From Halorarum halobium (GTDB taxonomy: Archaea; Halobacteriota; Halobacteria; Halobacteriales; Haloferacaceae), in assembly GCF_032116555.1 (NCBI RefSeq), contig NZ_CP134949.1, positions 3,162,001 through 3,226,000 of the forward strand: a DNA stretch of 64,000 bases. The letters are read 5' to 3'. Under the pieces are notes generated by a model. It was given only the letters and a program-made list of their open reading frames with translations. It was not told where the DNA came from and searched no databases. The translations under genes and the position numbers were made by a program. Every line of letters starts with the position of its first letter. The first letter of the stretch is position 1. Below, piece after piece: positions 10,280 through 19,556 of this stretch.

Positions 10280-11086
10280 TCAGCGGCGCAGGGCCGACAG
10301 CGCCTCGGCCGCCTCGCGGGCTGCGGCGAGGTGGTCACGCGCGGCCCGGGGGTCCTCCGTCTCGGCCCCGGCGGTCGCGTGACGGGCGAGTGCCGCGACG
10401 AGCGCCTCGCGCGCCTCGCCGAGGCCGCCGGTCGTCCCGGGCGCGTCAGGGTTCGAAACCGCCGGCGGCGACGCCGCCGTCCGGTCCTCGGACCGGGCCG
10501 CTCCGCCCGCGTTCGAAGGCGGCGAACGGGCGTCGGCGTCCGTCCGCGCCTGCGAGGGCGCCGTGGGTCGCCCGCCGGTCGCGTTCCCTGGCGCCGTCGA
10601 GTCGTCGGCCACGTTCGGCGGGACCGAGTCGTCGTCGGACGGGTCGCTGTGCGTCTCGCTGGACGGTGCCGCTGTCGTATCCGTCGATTCTGCGGCCGGT
10701 TCGGTCGGTTCCGTGGTCGCGGCGGCGGCTCGTTCGCCCCGCGATTCGGCGTCCGCGTCCGGTTTCGCGGCGTTCTCGCCGGCCGGTACCCCGTCGTCCT
10801 CCCGACAGGTGGCACAGAACTCCTGGCCATTCTGGCGGAACAGCGGGTCGCCGCAGGCGTCACAGTGCCTGTTGGTCATCGTCGCGCCCTTGAGCAGGAG
10901 TTCGCTCATCCGGCGCGTCGACTCGCGCTTCCGCTCGTCCCGCGCGAACTTCTCGCGGAGCTTCTCGCGTTCGGCCTCCTTGTCGAACCCCGAGTCGTCC
11001 GCGGAGTCGGCCGGTCCGGACCCGGACGGGTCACCGCTGTCGTGCGGTTCACCGGCGTCCCCAGCGTTCGTGTCGCTGTCGCTCAT
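10280..11086 (-). CDS. Zn-ribbon protein (Sjogren autoantigen p27 / UPF0148-like)
   Basis: MSELLLKGATMTNRHCDACGDPLF...FCATC. Confidence 0.85.
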   Translation of the reverse strand: MSDSDTNAGDAGEPHDSGDPSGSGPADSADDSGFDKEAEREKLREKFARDERKRESTRRMSELLLKGATMTNRHCDACGDPLFRQNGQEFCATCREDDGVPAGENAAKPDADAESRGERAAAATTEPTEPAAESTDTTAAPSSETHSDPSDDDSVPPNVADDSTAPGNATGGRPTAPSQARTDADARSPPSNAGGAARSEDRTAASPPAVSNPDAPGTTGGLGEAREALVAALARHATAGAETEDPRAARDHLAAAREAAEALSALRR

Positions 11087-11131
11087 GGCTGGGTGATGGG
11101 CGGGGGCGGCGAAAAAGTCAGCGGCCCGTCC

Positions 11132-11592
11132 CTACAGGTCCCGAAGCGCCGGGAACGTCGCGCCGACCACCGCACCGTAGACGACGTGACCGACGAGGCT
11201 CATCGGGTTGAAGTTCGGGAGCGGCGGGTTCGCCGGGGACCCGACCGCAGAGAGCCACACCGGCATCACCAGGGCCGCGAGCAGGATCCAGAGAACCACG
11301 CCGTACCCGATTCCCAGCGCGGTCGAGCGCCCCGTCGACCTGACGTCCGTCCCCGGGCGAGCGCCGCGAAGCCGACGCCGAGTATCGCCGAATGGGCCAT
11401 GTGGGCCACCCACCCCGCGAGGCCGCCCGAGAGCCCGTACATCGAGGGAATCGCCACCTCGATGACGGGCGTCATCATGACCGACAGCAGCACGTCCATG
11501 ACCGCGCCGCCGGCGAGTCCCGCGAGGACGCCGCCGCGCCACTCCGTGTTCTCCGTCGACACGCCAGTCTGTGTGCTGGTATCTGTTGCCAT
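11132..11592 (-). pseudogene. frameshifted 4-TM membrane protein (or sequencing error)
   Basis: N-half (MATDTST...GVGFAALA) and C-half (GTDVRSTG...FPALRDL) lie in different frames; one extra C in the CCCC run at 11351-11354 joins them. Confidence 0.75.
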
Positions 11593-11738
11593 GCGTGTTT
11601 CACGTCTTTGTCGGCATATATTACCGTGACTCGGCCACGCACGCCGCACGCACGGAGGCCGTAGCGTTTTATAGGACCTGCCGCTGGTGGGCCGGAGAAC
11701 ACCCGAGCGTTGAAATCCGATGCCACGCTACTACGACC

Positions 11739-13964
11739 GTGTCGACCACCGACGACCACCTGCGCTTCTTCCCGTACGAGGAGCCGTACCCGAACCAGCG
11801 GGAGGCCATGGATCGGGTCGGCAACGCGCTCGCGCGGGGCCAGGACGTGCTCCTCGAGGGCGCACCCGGCACCGGGAAGACGCTCTCTGCGCTGGTGCCG
11901 GCTCTCTCGCACGCGCGCGAGCACGACCGCACGGTCGTCATCACCACGAACGTCCACCAGCAGATGCGCCAGTTCGTCGAGGACGCCAGGGCCATCAACG
12001 AGACCGAGCCCATCCGCGCGTCGGTGTTCAAGGGGAAGGCCTCGATGTGTCACATCGACGTGGACTACCAGGAGTGCCAGACGCTCCGGGACACCACCCG
12101 GTCGCTCGTGGAGGACCGGCAGGACAGGGAGCAACTGGAACGGCGACTCGACGACCTCACCGACGAGATGCGGGACGGCGGGGGCGGAACGGGCGGCGGA
12201 GGCGGTATGGGTGGCGACGGGGGAACGGGCGGCGCCTCCGCCGGCTCCGCCGCGGAGGCCCGGCAGGCGGTCGCGGACGAACTGGAGCGGCTGGAGACGG
12301 AGATCGAGGACGCGACGAACGTCTGCGAGCACTACCTGAACAACCTCACCGCGGACACCGACGAGTTCTTCTCGTGGCTGTTCCGGGACGTTCGCCGGCC
12401 GGGGGAGGTGTACGAGTACGCCGAACAGCAGGGTCTCTGCGGGTACGAACTCCTGAAGGAGGGGATGGAGGACGTCGAACTCGTCGTCTGCAACTACCAC
12501 CACCTGCTCGACCCCCAGATCAGAGAACAGTTCTTCCGCTGGCTGGACCGCGAGCCCGAGGACGTGATCACCGTGTTCGACGAGGCCCACAACGTCGAGA
12601 GCGCCGCGCGGGACCACGCGAGCGAGGCGCTCACCGAGAACACGCTCGAGTCGGCGCTCTCGGAGCTCGAGGAGACCGACGACTCGCGCGCCGAGCCCGC
12701 CGGGAACGTGATCCGGGCGTTCACGGACGCGCTCCGGGCGACCTACGACGAGAACCTCGGGTTCGGGGAGCGCGAGCGCGTCGGCGAGAACTGGGAGGAC
12801 GTCTCCGTGGCGAACGAGGACCGCCGGGACGACCTCACGCTCGCGTTCCTCGACCGCTACGAGGGCCAGGGCATCCGGGCGGAGTGTGACCTCGCGCTCC
12901 AGCTCGGCAAGCGGCTCGACGAGGAGTACGAGGACGCCTACCGCGACGGCGAGACCACGAGCCGGCGGGAGTGTCACCTACTTTCGGCGGCGTCGTTCGT
13001 CTCGGCGTGGATGGACGGCGGCGGCGAACTCGGCCAGCACCCGATGGTGTCGGTGCGCCGTGACGCCGGCACCGACGAGGTGTACGGCCGGGCTGAGCTG
13101 TACACCTGCATCCCGCGGGAGGTGACGGCGGCGCTGTTCGACGACGTGTACGCGTCGGTGCTGATGTCGGCGACGCTGCGCCCGTTCGACGTGACCCAGG
13201 ACGTGCTGGGCCTGGACTCGCCCGCGACGCTGGCGTACGAACTGGCCTACCCCGAGGAGAACCGCCGGACGTACTCGGTGTCGACCCCGGCGCTGTTCTC
13301 CTCCGAACGGGACGAACCGGACACCCAGGAGACGGTGGCCTCGACGCTCTCGGACGCCATCAGGTTCACGCCGGGCAACAGCCTGCTGTTCTTCCCGTCG
13401 TACTCGGAGGCCGAGCGCTACCACGAACTGCTCTCGGACAACCCCGACCTCGGGACGCTGCTGCTCGACGGCTCTGATCGGGACGAGGAGGACCTCCGGA
13501 CGAGGCTCGTGGAGAGCGACGACGCGGCGCTGTTCACCTCGCTGTGGGGGACGCTCGCGGAGGGCGTCAGCTTCGACGGCGACGCGGCCCGGACGGTCGC
13601 GGTCGTCGGCGTCCCGTACCCGCACCTCTCCGAGCGGATGGAGGCGGTCCAGGACGCCTACGACCGCGTGTTCGCCGAGCGCTCCCGGGACGCCGGCTGG
13701 GAGTACGCGGTCGAGATCCCCACGGTCCGGAAGACCCGGCAGGCGCTCGGGCGCGTCATCCGGTCGCCCGAGGACTTCGGGGTTCGGCTGCTGCTCGACA
13801 AGCGCTACACGAGCGCCGACATGGGGAAGTACTCCGTGCGCGGGACGTTCCCGCCCGAGGAGCGCGAGGAGCTGATCGATATTCTCCCGGGGAAGCTGAA
13901 GTTCGCGATGTTGAACTTCTACACGGATCACGACGCGTACTCGGGGTCGCCGCCGGAGCCGTAG
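11739..13964 (+). CDS. rad3: Rad3/XPD-like SF2 DNA helicase
   Basis: GAPGTGKT, DEAH, SATL, QALGRVIR, Cys residues of an Fe-S domain; GTG start 11739. Confidence 0.92.
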   Translation: MSTTDDHLRFFPYEEPYPNQREAMDRVGNALARGQDVLLEGAPGTGKTLSALVPALSHAREHDRTVVITTNVHQQMRQFVEDARAINETEPIRASVFKGKASMCHIDVDYQECQTLRDTTRSLVEDRQDREQLERRLDDLTDEMRDGGGGTGGGGGMGGDGGTGGASAGSAAEARQAVADELERLETEIEDATNVCEHYLNNLTADTDEFFSWLFRDVRRPGEVYEYAEQQGLCGYELLKEGMEDVELVVCNYHHLLDPQIREQFFRWLDREPEDVITVFDEAHNVESAARDHASEALTENTLESALSELEETDDSRAEPAGNVIRAFTDALRATYDENLGFGERERVGENWEDVSVANEDRRDDLTLAFLDRYEGQGIRAECDLALQLGKRLDEEYEDAYRDGETTSRRECHLLSAASFVSAWMDGGGELGQHPMVSVRRDAGTDEVYGRAELYTCIPREVTAALFDDVYASVLMSATLRPFDVTQDVLGLDSPATLAYELAYPEENRRTYSVSTPALFSSERDEPDTQETVASTLSDAIRFTPGNSLLFFPSYSEAERYHELLSDNPDLGTLLLDGSDRDEEDLRTRLVESDDAALFTSLWGTLAEGVSFDGDAARTVAVVGVPYPHLSERMEAVQDAYDRVFAERSRDAGWEYAVEIPTVRKTRQALGRVIRSPEDFGVRLLLDKRYTSADMGKYSVRGTFPPEEREELIDILPGKLKFAMLNFYTDHDAYSGSPPEP

Positions 13965-14042
13965 TGAGGGTGTTCTGACTGGTTCGCTCGCGCTGGAAAG
14001 CTTCTCAGCGCTCGGTTCGTTTGATGGTTCGGTCGGTGCTTC

Positions 14043-14349
14043 GACTGCCTCGAAAGCCCCGCGGTGCTCGGCTCGGTGCGGCCGCTGTCGTTCGAAAACC
14101 GAAGATTTTCGTGATGACGAAAGGCGCGAGCGCCTTTCGAACCACGCTCCTCAGGCACTCGCTTCGCTCGTGCCTTGCGGTGCTTGTCGGTCCGCGCCTG
14201 CGCCGAGCACCGCGGCCCCTTTCAGTCCCACCCACCGCACCGCCACCGCGCCTCGCCCTCCCCAGCCTCCTGCGATGCTCGCTCCCTTCGGTCGCTGCGT
14301 TTCTCGTCCCTCGCACGAGCGGCCGCGCTTCGCTTGGCCGCCGCGCGCC
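14043..14349 (+). repeat. intergenic modular hairpin repeat, full filled copy
   Basis: CGAAAGCCCC...GGCCCCTTTCAGTCCCACCC; perfect 13-bp stem 14059-14071/14203-14215. Confidence 0.9.
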
Positions 14350-14390
14350 GACCGGCTGATTCCCAGCGTACACACCCGGAATCGAGGCTT

Positions 14391-14545
14391 CGACGTTCGG
14401 CCAGTGAACCGACAGGGCGGGACTGAAAGGGGCCGGACGCTCGAACCCTCCCGGACGACGCAAGCACCGCAGGCGAGCGACCGAAGGGAGCGAGACGAGG
14501 AGCACAACGAGGCCCGGAGGGTCGAGGGCCCGGGGGCTTTCGAGG
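14391..14545 (-). repeat. intergenic modular hairpin repeat, inverted copy
   Basis: GGGCGGGACTGAAAGGGGCC (14415)...GGGGGCTTTCGAGG (14545) is the reverse complement of the core. Confidence 0.9.
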
Positions 14546-14644
14546 ACTGCGTCATCTCATCACCCACCGCTCGAACCCTGATAACCGATCACCCCGATGA
14601 GAGGCGAGCGTTTAAACCCGATAGCGACCCACCCCCGAACACGA

Positions 14645-16105
14645 ATGGCGAGCGCCGACGCGACCACCGACCCGGGCGAGTTCCCGGTTCCCGCCCTCCG
14701 CGACCGCGCGGTCGCCTGCGCCGAGCGCCTCCGGGCGGCCGACCGGGTGCTGCTCTGCTCGCACATCGACGCCGACGGCCTCACCAGCGCCGCCGTGGCC
14801 TCGCGCGCGCTCGAACGGGCCGGCATCCGCTTCGAGACGATGTTCTCGAAACAGCTCGACGCCGCGGAGGTCGCGAGCATCGCCGCGACCGACTACGACA
14901 CCGTCCTGTTCACCGACTTCGGCAGCGGCCAGCTGGACGTCATCGCCGACCACGAGGCGTCGGGCGAGTTCACGCCGATCATCGCCGACCACCACCAGCC
15001 CGCCGAGGCGGAGACGGAGTACCACCTGAACCCGCTGCTGGAGGGCATCGACGGCGCGTCCGAACTGTCGGGCGCGGGCGCGGCGTACGTGCTCTCGCGG
15101 GCGCTCGAACCGCGAGACGGAGCCACGGACAACCGCGACCTCGCGGCGCTCGCGGTCGTCGGCGCGGTCGGCGACATGCAGGACTCCGAGGGGGGGCTCC
15201 ACGGCGCGAACGAGGCGGTCGTCGCCGACGGCGTCGCCGCGGGCGCGCTGGCCGAGGAGACCGACCTGGCGCTGTACGGCAGGCAGACCCGGCCGCTGCC
15301 GAAGCTGCTCGAGTACGCCAGCGAGGCGCGCATCCCGGGCATCTCGAACGACGAGGCCGGTGCCGTCGAGTTCCTCTCGGGACTCGACCTGGACCTGAAG
15401 GCCGACGGCGACTGGCGGCGGTGGGTCGACCTGACCGGCGAGGAGCGGCAGGCGGTCGTCTCGGGGCTCATCCGCCGCGCGGTCGCCTCCGGCGTTCCCT
15501 CCGAGCGCGTCGACTCGCTCGTCGGCACCACCTACGTGCTCGCCGACGAGGAACCCGGGACCGAACTCCGCGACGTGAGCGAGTTCTCCACGCTGCTCAA
15601 CGCGACCGCTCGGTACGAGCGGGCCGATGTCGGACTGGCCGTCTGTCTCGGCGACCGAGACGGCGCGCTCGAACGCGCCCGGACGCTGCTCCGGAACCAC
15701 CGCCGGAACCTCTCCGAGGGGCTCCAGTGGGTCACCAACGAGGGCGTCGAGCGCGAGGAGCACCTCCAGTGGTTCGACGCCGGGACGCGCATCCGCGAGA
15801 CCATCGTCGGCATCGTCGCGGGGATGGCGGTCGGCGCGGACGGCGTCTCGCGGGGGAGGCCCATCGTCGCGTTCGCGGAGAAGAGCGCGGAGGAAGTGAA
15901 AGTGTCCGCGCGCGGGAGCGGCCACCTCGTCCGGGATGGGCTGGACCTCTCGGCGGTGATGCGCGAGGCGTCACGATCGGTCGGCGGCGACGGCGGCGGC
16001 CACGACGTCGCGGCCGGGGCGACCATCCCGGCCGGGGAGCGGGAGCCGTTCCTCGCGGAAGCCGACCGGCTCGTCGGCGAGCAGTTGTCCGGGGAGGAGC
16101 CGTGA
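14645..16105 (+). CDS. recJ: RecJ/Cdc45-like DHH-DHHA1 nuclease
   Basis: HIDADG, TDFG, DHH, AVGD, SAR, GGGH motifs. Confidence 0.88.
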   Translation: MASADATTDPGEFPVPALRDRAVACAERLRAADRVLLCSHIDADGLTSAAVASRALERAGIRFETMFSKQLDAAEVASIAATDYDTVLFTDFGSGQLDVIADHEASGEFTPIIADHHQPAEAETEYHLNPLLEGIDGASELSGAGAAYVLSRALEPRDGATDNRDLAALAVVGAVGDMQDSEGGLHGANEAVVADGVAAGALAEETDLALYGRQTRPLPKLLEYASEARIPGISNDEAGAVEFLSGLDLDLKADGDWRRWVDLTGEERQAVVSGLIRRAVASGVPSERVDSLVGTTYVLADEEPGTELRDVSEFSTLLNATARYERADVGLAVCLGDRDGALERARTLLRNHRRNLSEGLQWVTNEGVEREEHLQWFDAGTRIRETIVGIVAGMAVGADGVSRGRPIVAFAEKSAEEVKVSARGSGHLVRDGLDLSAVMREASRSVGGDGGGHDVAAGATIPAGEREPFLAEADRLVGEQLSGEEP

Positions 16106-16135
16106 TTTCGGATCCGAACGTTTCGGACGTGGGAC

Positions 16136-16717
16136 TCAGGCCGACTCGGAGATCGACTTCGAGGAACCGATATCGCGGAACAGCATTCGGTAGTCGTCCG
16201 GGGAGAACGCGGTGGCGATGTCGTCCAGATCCCCCTGCAGGGACTCGATCCGGGAGAGGAGTTCGTCGTACTCAGAACTCGATCGGAGCTCGGCCGGGGT
16301 CCGTTCGGCCTCGAGGACGGCACGCTTCGTGACGAGCGCGGCGGTGCGGCGGAGCTTCGCGTCGTAGTTCGATCGGGTGTCGAGTCGCTCGATCGCCGTG
16401 ACGATGTCGTCGCGGGTCGCCGGCTTCACGAGATAGAGGTCGAACCCCATCTCGACGATGTCGACGTCGGGCTCGACTGCGGTGACCATCGCCACCCGGC
16501 AGTCGAGCTCTCGGGCACGCAGTTCCGCGAGCACCTCCGCCCCGGAGATGTCGGGGAGCCGGCGGTCGAGCAGCACGGCGTCGACCTGCTCGTCGGCGCG
16601 CTCCAGAGCCTCCTCGCCGGTGTTCGCGACCGTGATGTCGTACGTTCCCTCGAGGTATCCGCGATACAGCTCCGCGACCTCCGGTTCGTCCTCGACGATC
16701 AGGACGCTCCGCATCAC
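16136..16717 (-). CDS. response regulator (receiver + HalX-like domain)
   Basis: VLIVEDE...LLDRRLP...VTA...YLVKP; C-terminal KRAVLEAE...SEYDEL. Confidence 0.88.
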   Translation of the reverse strand: MMRSVLIVEDEPEVAELYRGYLEGTYDITVANTGEEALERADEQVDAVLLDRRLPDISGAEVLAELRARELDCRVAMVTAVEPDVDIVEMGFDLYLVKPATRDDIVTAIERLDTRSNYDAKLRRTAALVTKRAVLEAERTPAELRSSSEYDELLSRIESLQGDLDDIATAFSPDDYRMLFRDIGSSKSISESA

Positions 16718-16876
16718 CGACGCTCCCCCCCTTCGCGCGCGTCCCCGTCGGTCATACAGCCCCAGCGGACGTGTTCCTGCATAAAACTATCGCACGTCCT
16801 GAACGTTGGCCCGATCCGTCCGTGGCGCTCGCGGCGCAACCGTTTTTATTTATGAGACCGGCGTCACATCCGGAAC

Positions 16877-17608
16877 ATGGTCGATACGGTCAAGACGGGG
16901 ATCGAGGGACTCGACTCCATCCTCAACGGCGGGCTAGTGAAGGACGCGACGGTCCTCGTCAGCGGCAACCCCGGGACGGGGAAGTCGCTGTTCGGCATCC
17001 AGTATCTCTACGACGGCGTCAGGGAGGAGGGGGAACGCGGCATCTACATCTCCTTCGAGGAGAACGAGGACGACATCCGCCAGGCGGCCGAGTCCATCGG
17101 CTTCGAGGAGTGGGGCGACCTGGTCGAGTCGGGCGACATCAAAGTGTACGACAAGAGCACGATGCTCCGTGAGGGCGATTTCAGCGCGGCGATCGACACG
17201 CTGCTCGAGGACTTCGCCAACGCGAACTACGACCGGCTCGTCCTCGACTCGCTGACGATGTTCGAGCTGTTCTTCGAGGACGAGAAGGAGAAGCGCACCT
17301 ACCTGCTGAAGTTCTCTGACATCCTTAAGGAGAACGGGCTCACCTCGCTGCTCATCAACGAGCAGGGCGCCGTGTTTCCGGAGACGGAGATCGGGCTCGA
17401 GAACTTCCTCACCGACGGCAACATCTACTTCATCCAGACGCCCACGGATTCGGGCGTCAACCGATACGTCTGGGTCGCGAAGATGCGGAAACAGGACATC
17501 GACACCGACATCTTCCCGATGGAGATCGACACCGGCGGGATCAAGGTGTACGAGCGTGCGGGCGGCTTCTCGATGATGGGGCGCGAGGGTCCGGAAGCGG
17601 GATTCTAA
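16877..17608 (+). CDS. KaiC/RAD55-family single-domain ATPase (CirA-like)
   Basis: GNPGTGKS, SFEE, RLVLDS, KMR motifs; next to archaellins. Confidence 0.9.
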   Translation: MVDTVKTGIEGLDSILNGGLVKDATVLVSGNPGTGKSLFGIQYLYDGVREEGERGIYISFEENEDDIRQAAESIGFEEWGDLVESGDIKVYDKSTMLREGDFSAAIDTLLEDFANANYDRLVLDSLTMFELFFEDEKEKRTYLLKFSDILKENGLTSLLINEQGAVFPETEIGLENFLTDGNIYFIQTPTDSGVNRYVWVAKMRKQDIDTDIFPMEIDTGGIKVYERAGGFSMMGREGPEAGF

Positions 17609-17669
17609 GGGGCGAGTGGCGGCTCGGGTCGCGTTCCCGCCGTAGCTGTCGGCGGCAGGGAAGCGCCGG

Positions 17670-18014
17670 TTACTGACTGTCGGTCATCGTCCGCCAGACC
17701 TGATCGAGCTTGTTCTTGACCTCCGATCGCTCCTCCAGTTCCACCGAGAGCCCGTCGCGGAACGTCACGTTCACGCCGTCGACGCTCCGCCGGTACACCT
17801 TGATCCGACGGTGTTCGTCCGAGAGCGGCCGGTCGTGAAGCTCCAGCAGTTCCGTCTCCTCGAGCTCGTTGATCCGGCGGTAACACGTCGCGATGGGCAC
17901 CTCCAGCACCTCGGAGAGCTCCTGTGCCGACATCGGCTCCCCCGCCGCGTCGAGAATTTCGGGATTGTACTTGTTCCCGAGCGCCTCGATGATCTCCTCG
18001 TCGTCCCCAGCCAT
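17670..18014 (-). CDS. ArsR-like winged-helix regulator, divergent from the archaellins
   Basis: SAQELSEVLEVPIATCYRRINEL HTH. Confidence 0.85.
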   Translation of the reverse strand: MAGDDEEIIEALGNKYNPEILDAAGEPMSAQELSEVLEVPIATCYRRINELEETELLELHDRPLSDEHRRIKVYRRSVDGVNVTFRDGLSVELEERSEVKNKLDQVWRTMTDSQ

Positions 18015-18186
18015 TCAGTATCGCGGTTGATTCTCACCGTGATAAGCCTACCGCCACTGAGACGGCGACGCCGTGCGGATAGTAGGACCACGCTACCGCT
18101 CGTATCAGCGCTGAAACTGAAGCGGTTTTAGCGGTAACAGCAGCCTACTCGACGATTTACGGCGCGTTGACGGGAAAGCTAACCAA

Positions 18187-18222
18187 TTATCTGTCCTGAA
18201 AACCGGCGGGGCAGGTTTAATA
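18187..18222 (+). promoter_or_regulatory. archaellin promoter: TTATCTGTCCTGA box + TATA-like TTTAATA
   Basis: same 13-mer at 22835; TATA-like element starts 29 nt after the box start in both. Confidence 0.65.
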
Positions 18223-18301
18223 GGAAATTCCGATTCGCTGGGAGCAGAGCCCGCGTGATGACGCACCGAGCCGAGCCGGGACCAGGGTAAGCAAACAACA
18301 C

Positions 18302-18898
18302 ATGTTCGAAGCAATCACGGACGAGGAAGAGCGCGGTCAGGTTGGTATCGGGACGCTCATCGTGTTCATCGCGATGGTGCTGGTCGCCGCGATCGCGGCC
18401 GGCGTCCTGATCAACACCGCGGGCTTCCTCCAGTCGACAGCACAGGAGACGGGCGAACAGTCGAGCAGTCAGGTATCCGACCGCGTCCAGGAAGTCGTCA
18501 CGACCGGTGGTGACATCGATGGAAGCGCGGGGACGCTCGGCAAAGTGAACGTGACCGTAACGCTGGCGCCCGGTGCCGGCGAGGTCGACCTCGAGAACGT
18601 CACGGCGACGTGGGTCGGCCCGCAGGGAACCTACACGCTGGTCAACGAAACGGTCGCTGATGCCGGCGAGGCGAACTTCTCGACGGACGTCGTGAAGGAC
18701 TCGGACGACTCCGCGCCCGTCCTCAACGACGCGGACGACCGCCTCCAGCTGGTGTTCGTTCCCGGTGACTTCTCGGGTGGCCCCCTCGCCGAGGGCGACG
18801 AAGTGACGCTGAAGCTCAACACCAAGTCGGGCGCGACGACGACCATCCGGTTCGCCGTCCCCGACTCGCTCGGTAACAAGAACGCCGTGGAGCTGTAA
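18302..18898 (+). CDS. arlB: archaellin 1
   Basis: class III signal [35 protein letters not shown]. Confidence 0.97.
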   Translation: MFEAITDEEERGQVGIGTLIVFIAMVLVAAIAAGVLINTAGFLQSTAQETGEQSSSQVSDRVQEVVTTGGDIDGSAGTLGKVNVTVTLAPGAGEVDLENVTATWVGPQGTYTLVNETVADAGEANFSTDVVKDSDDSAPVLNDADDRLQLVFVPGDFSGGPLAEGDEVTLKLNTKSGATTTIRFAVPDSLGNKNAVEL

Positions 18899-18901
18899 CC
18901 C

Positions 18902-19510
18902 ATGTTCGAAGCAATCACGGACGAGGAAGAGCGCGGTCAGGTTGGTATCGGGACGCTCATCGTGTTCATCGCGATGGTGCTGGTCGCCGCGATCGCGGCC
19001 GGCGTCCTGATCAACACCGCGGGCTTCCTCCAGTCGACAGCGCAGGAAACGGGCGAACAGTCAGCCAGCCAGGTCTCCGACCGCGTCCAGGAGGTCGTCA
19101 CGACCGGTAACGTGACCGTGGACAATGGCAGCGAAGTCATCGACTACGTGAACGTGACGGTGACGCTGGCACCGGGTGCCGGCGAGGTCGACCTCGAGAA
19201 CACCACGGCGACGTGGGTCGGGCCGAAAGGCACCTACACGCTCACGAACGCCTCCGTGGACACCGGAGACGGTGACTTCACGACCGACATCGTGAAGGAC
19301 TCGGACGACTCCGCACCCGTCCTCAACGACCCGGACGACCGGGTCCTGATGGTGTTCGAACTCAGCGCCAGCGGCAACGCGGACAAGCCGGACTACCTCC
19401 AGGAAGGTGACGAGGTGACGCTGAAGCTCAACACCAAGTCGGGCGCGACGACGACCATCCGGTTCGCCGTCCCCGACTCGCTCGGCAACAAGCAGGCAGT
19501 CGAGCTGTAA
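18902..19510 (+). CDS. arlB: archaellin 2
   Basis: same N-terminus as archaellin 1; tandem paralog. Confidence 0.97.
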   Translation: MFEAITDEEERGQVGIGTLIVFIAMVLVAAIAAGVLINTAGFLQSTAQETGEQSASQVSDRVQEVVTTGNVTVDNGSEVIDYVNVTVTLAPGAGEVDLENTTATWVGPKGTYTLTNASVDTGDGDFTTDIVKDSDDSAPVLNDPDDRVLMVFELSASGNADKPDYLQEGDEVTLKLNTKSGATTTIRFAVPDSLGNKQAVEL

Positions 19511-19556
19511 CGGCCCGGAACACACCTTTTTGAGCAGCCACACAGTACCCCTACCC

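Noticed and set aside
12170..12255. Gly-rich insert in Rad3
   Set aside because: In-frame low-complexity loop with no further structure.
14005..14567. ORFs across the repeat loci (also near 4600-4900, 42560-43050, 51850-52270, 59760-60200, 63000-63460)
   Set aside because: Basic, non-halophilic composition; they are translations of the hairpin repeats and show no transposase motifs.
16877..17608. KaiC-like gene as a circadian clock or as a displaced gvpD
   Set aside because: Single domain of 243 aa, no kaiA/kaiB in the window, and much shorter than GvpD; context points to archaellum regulation.
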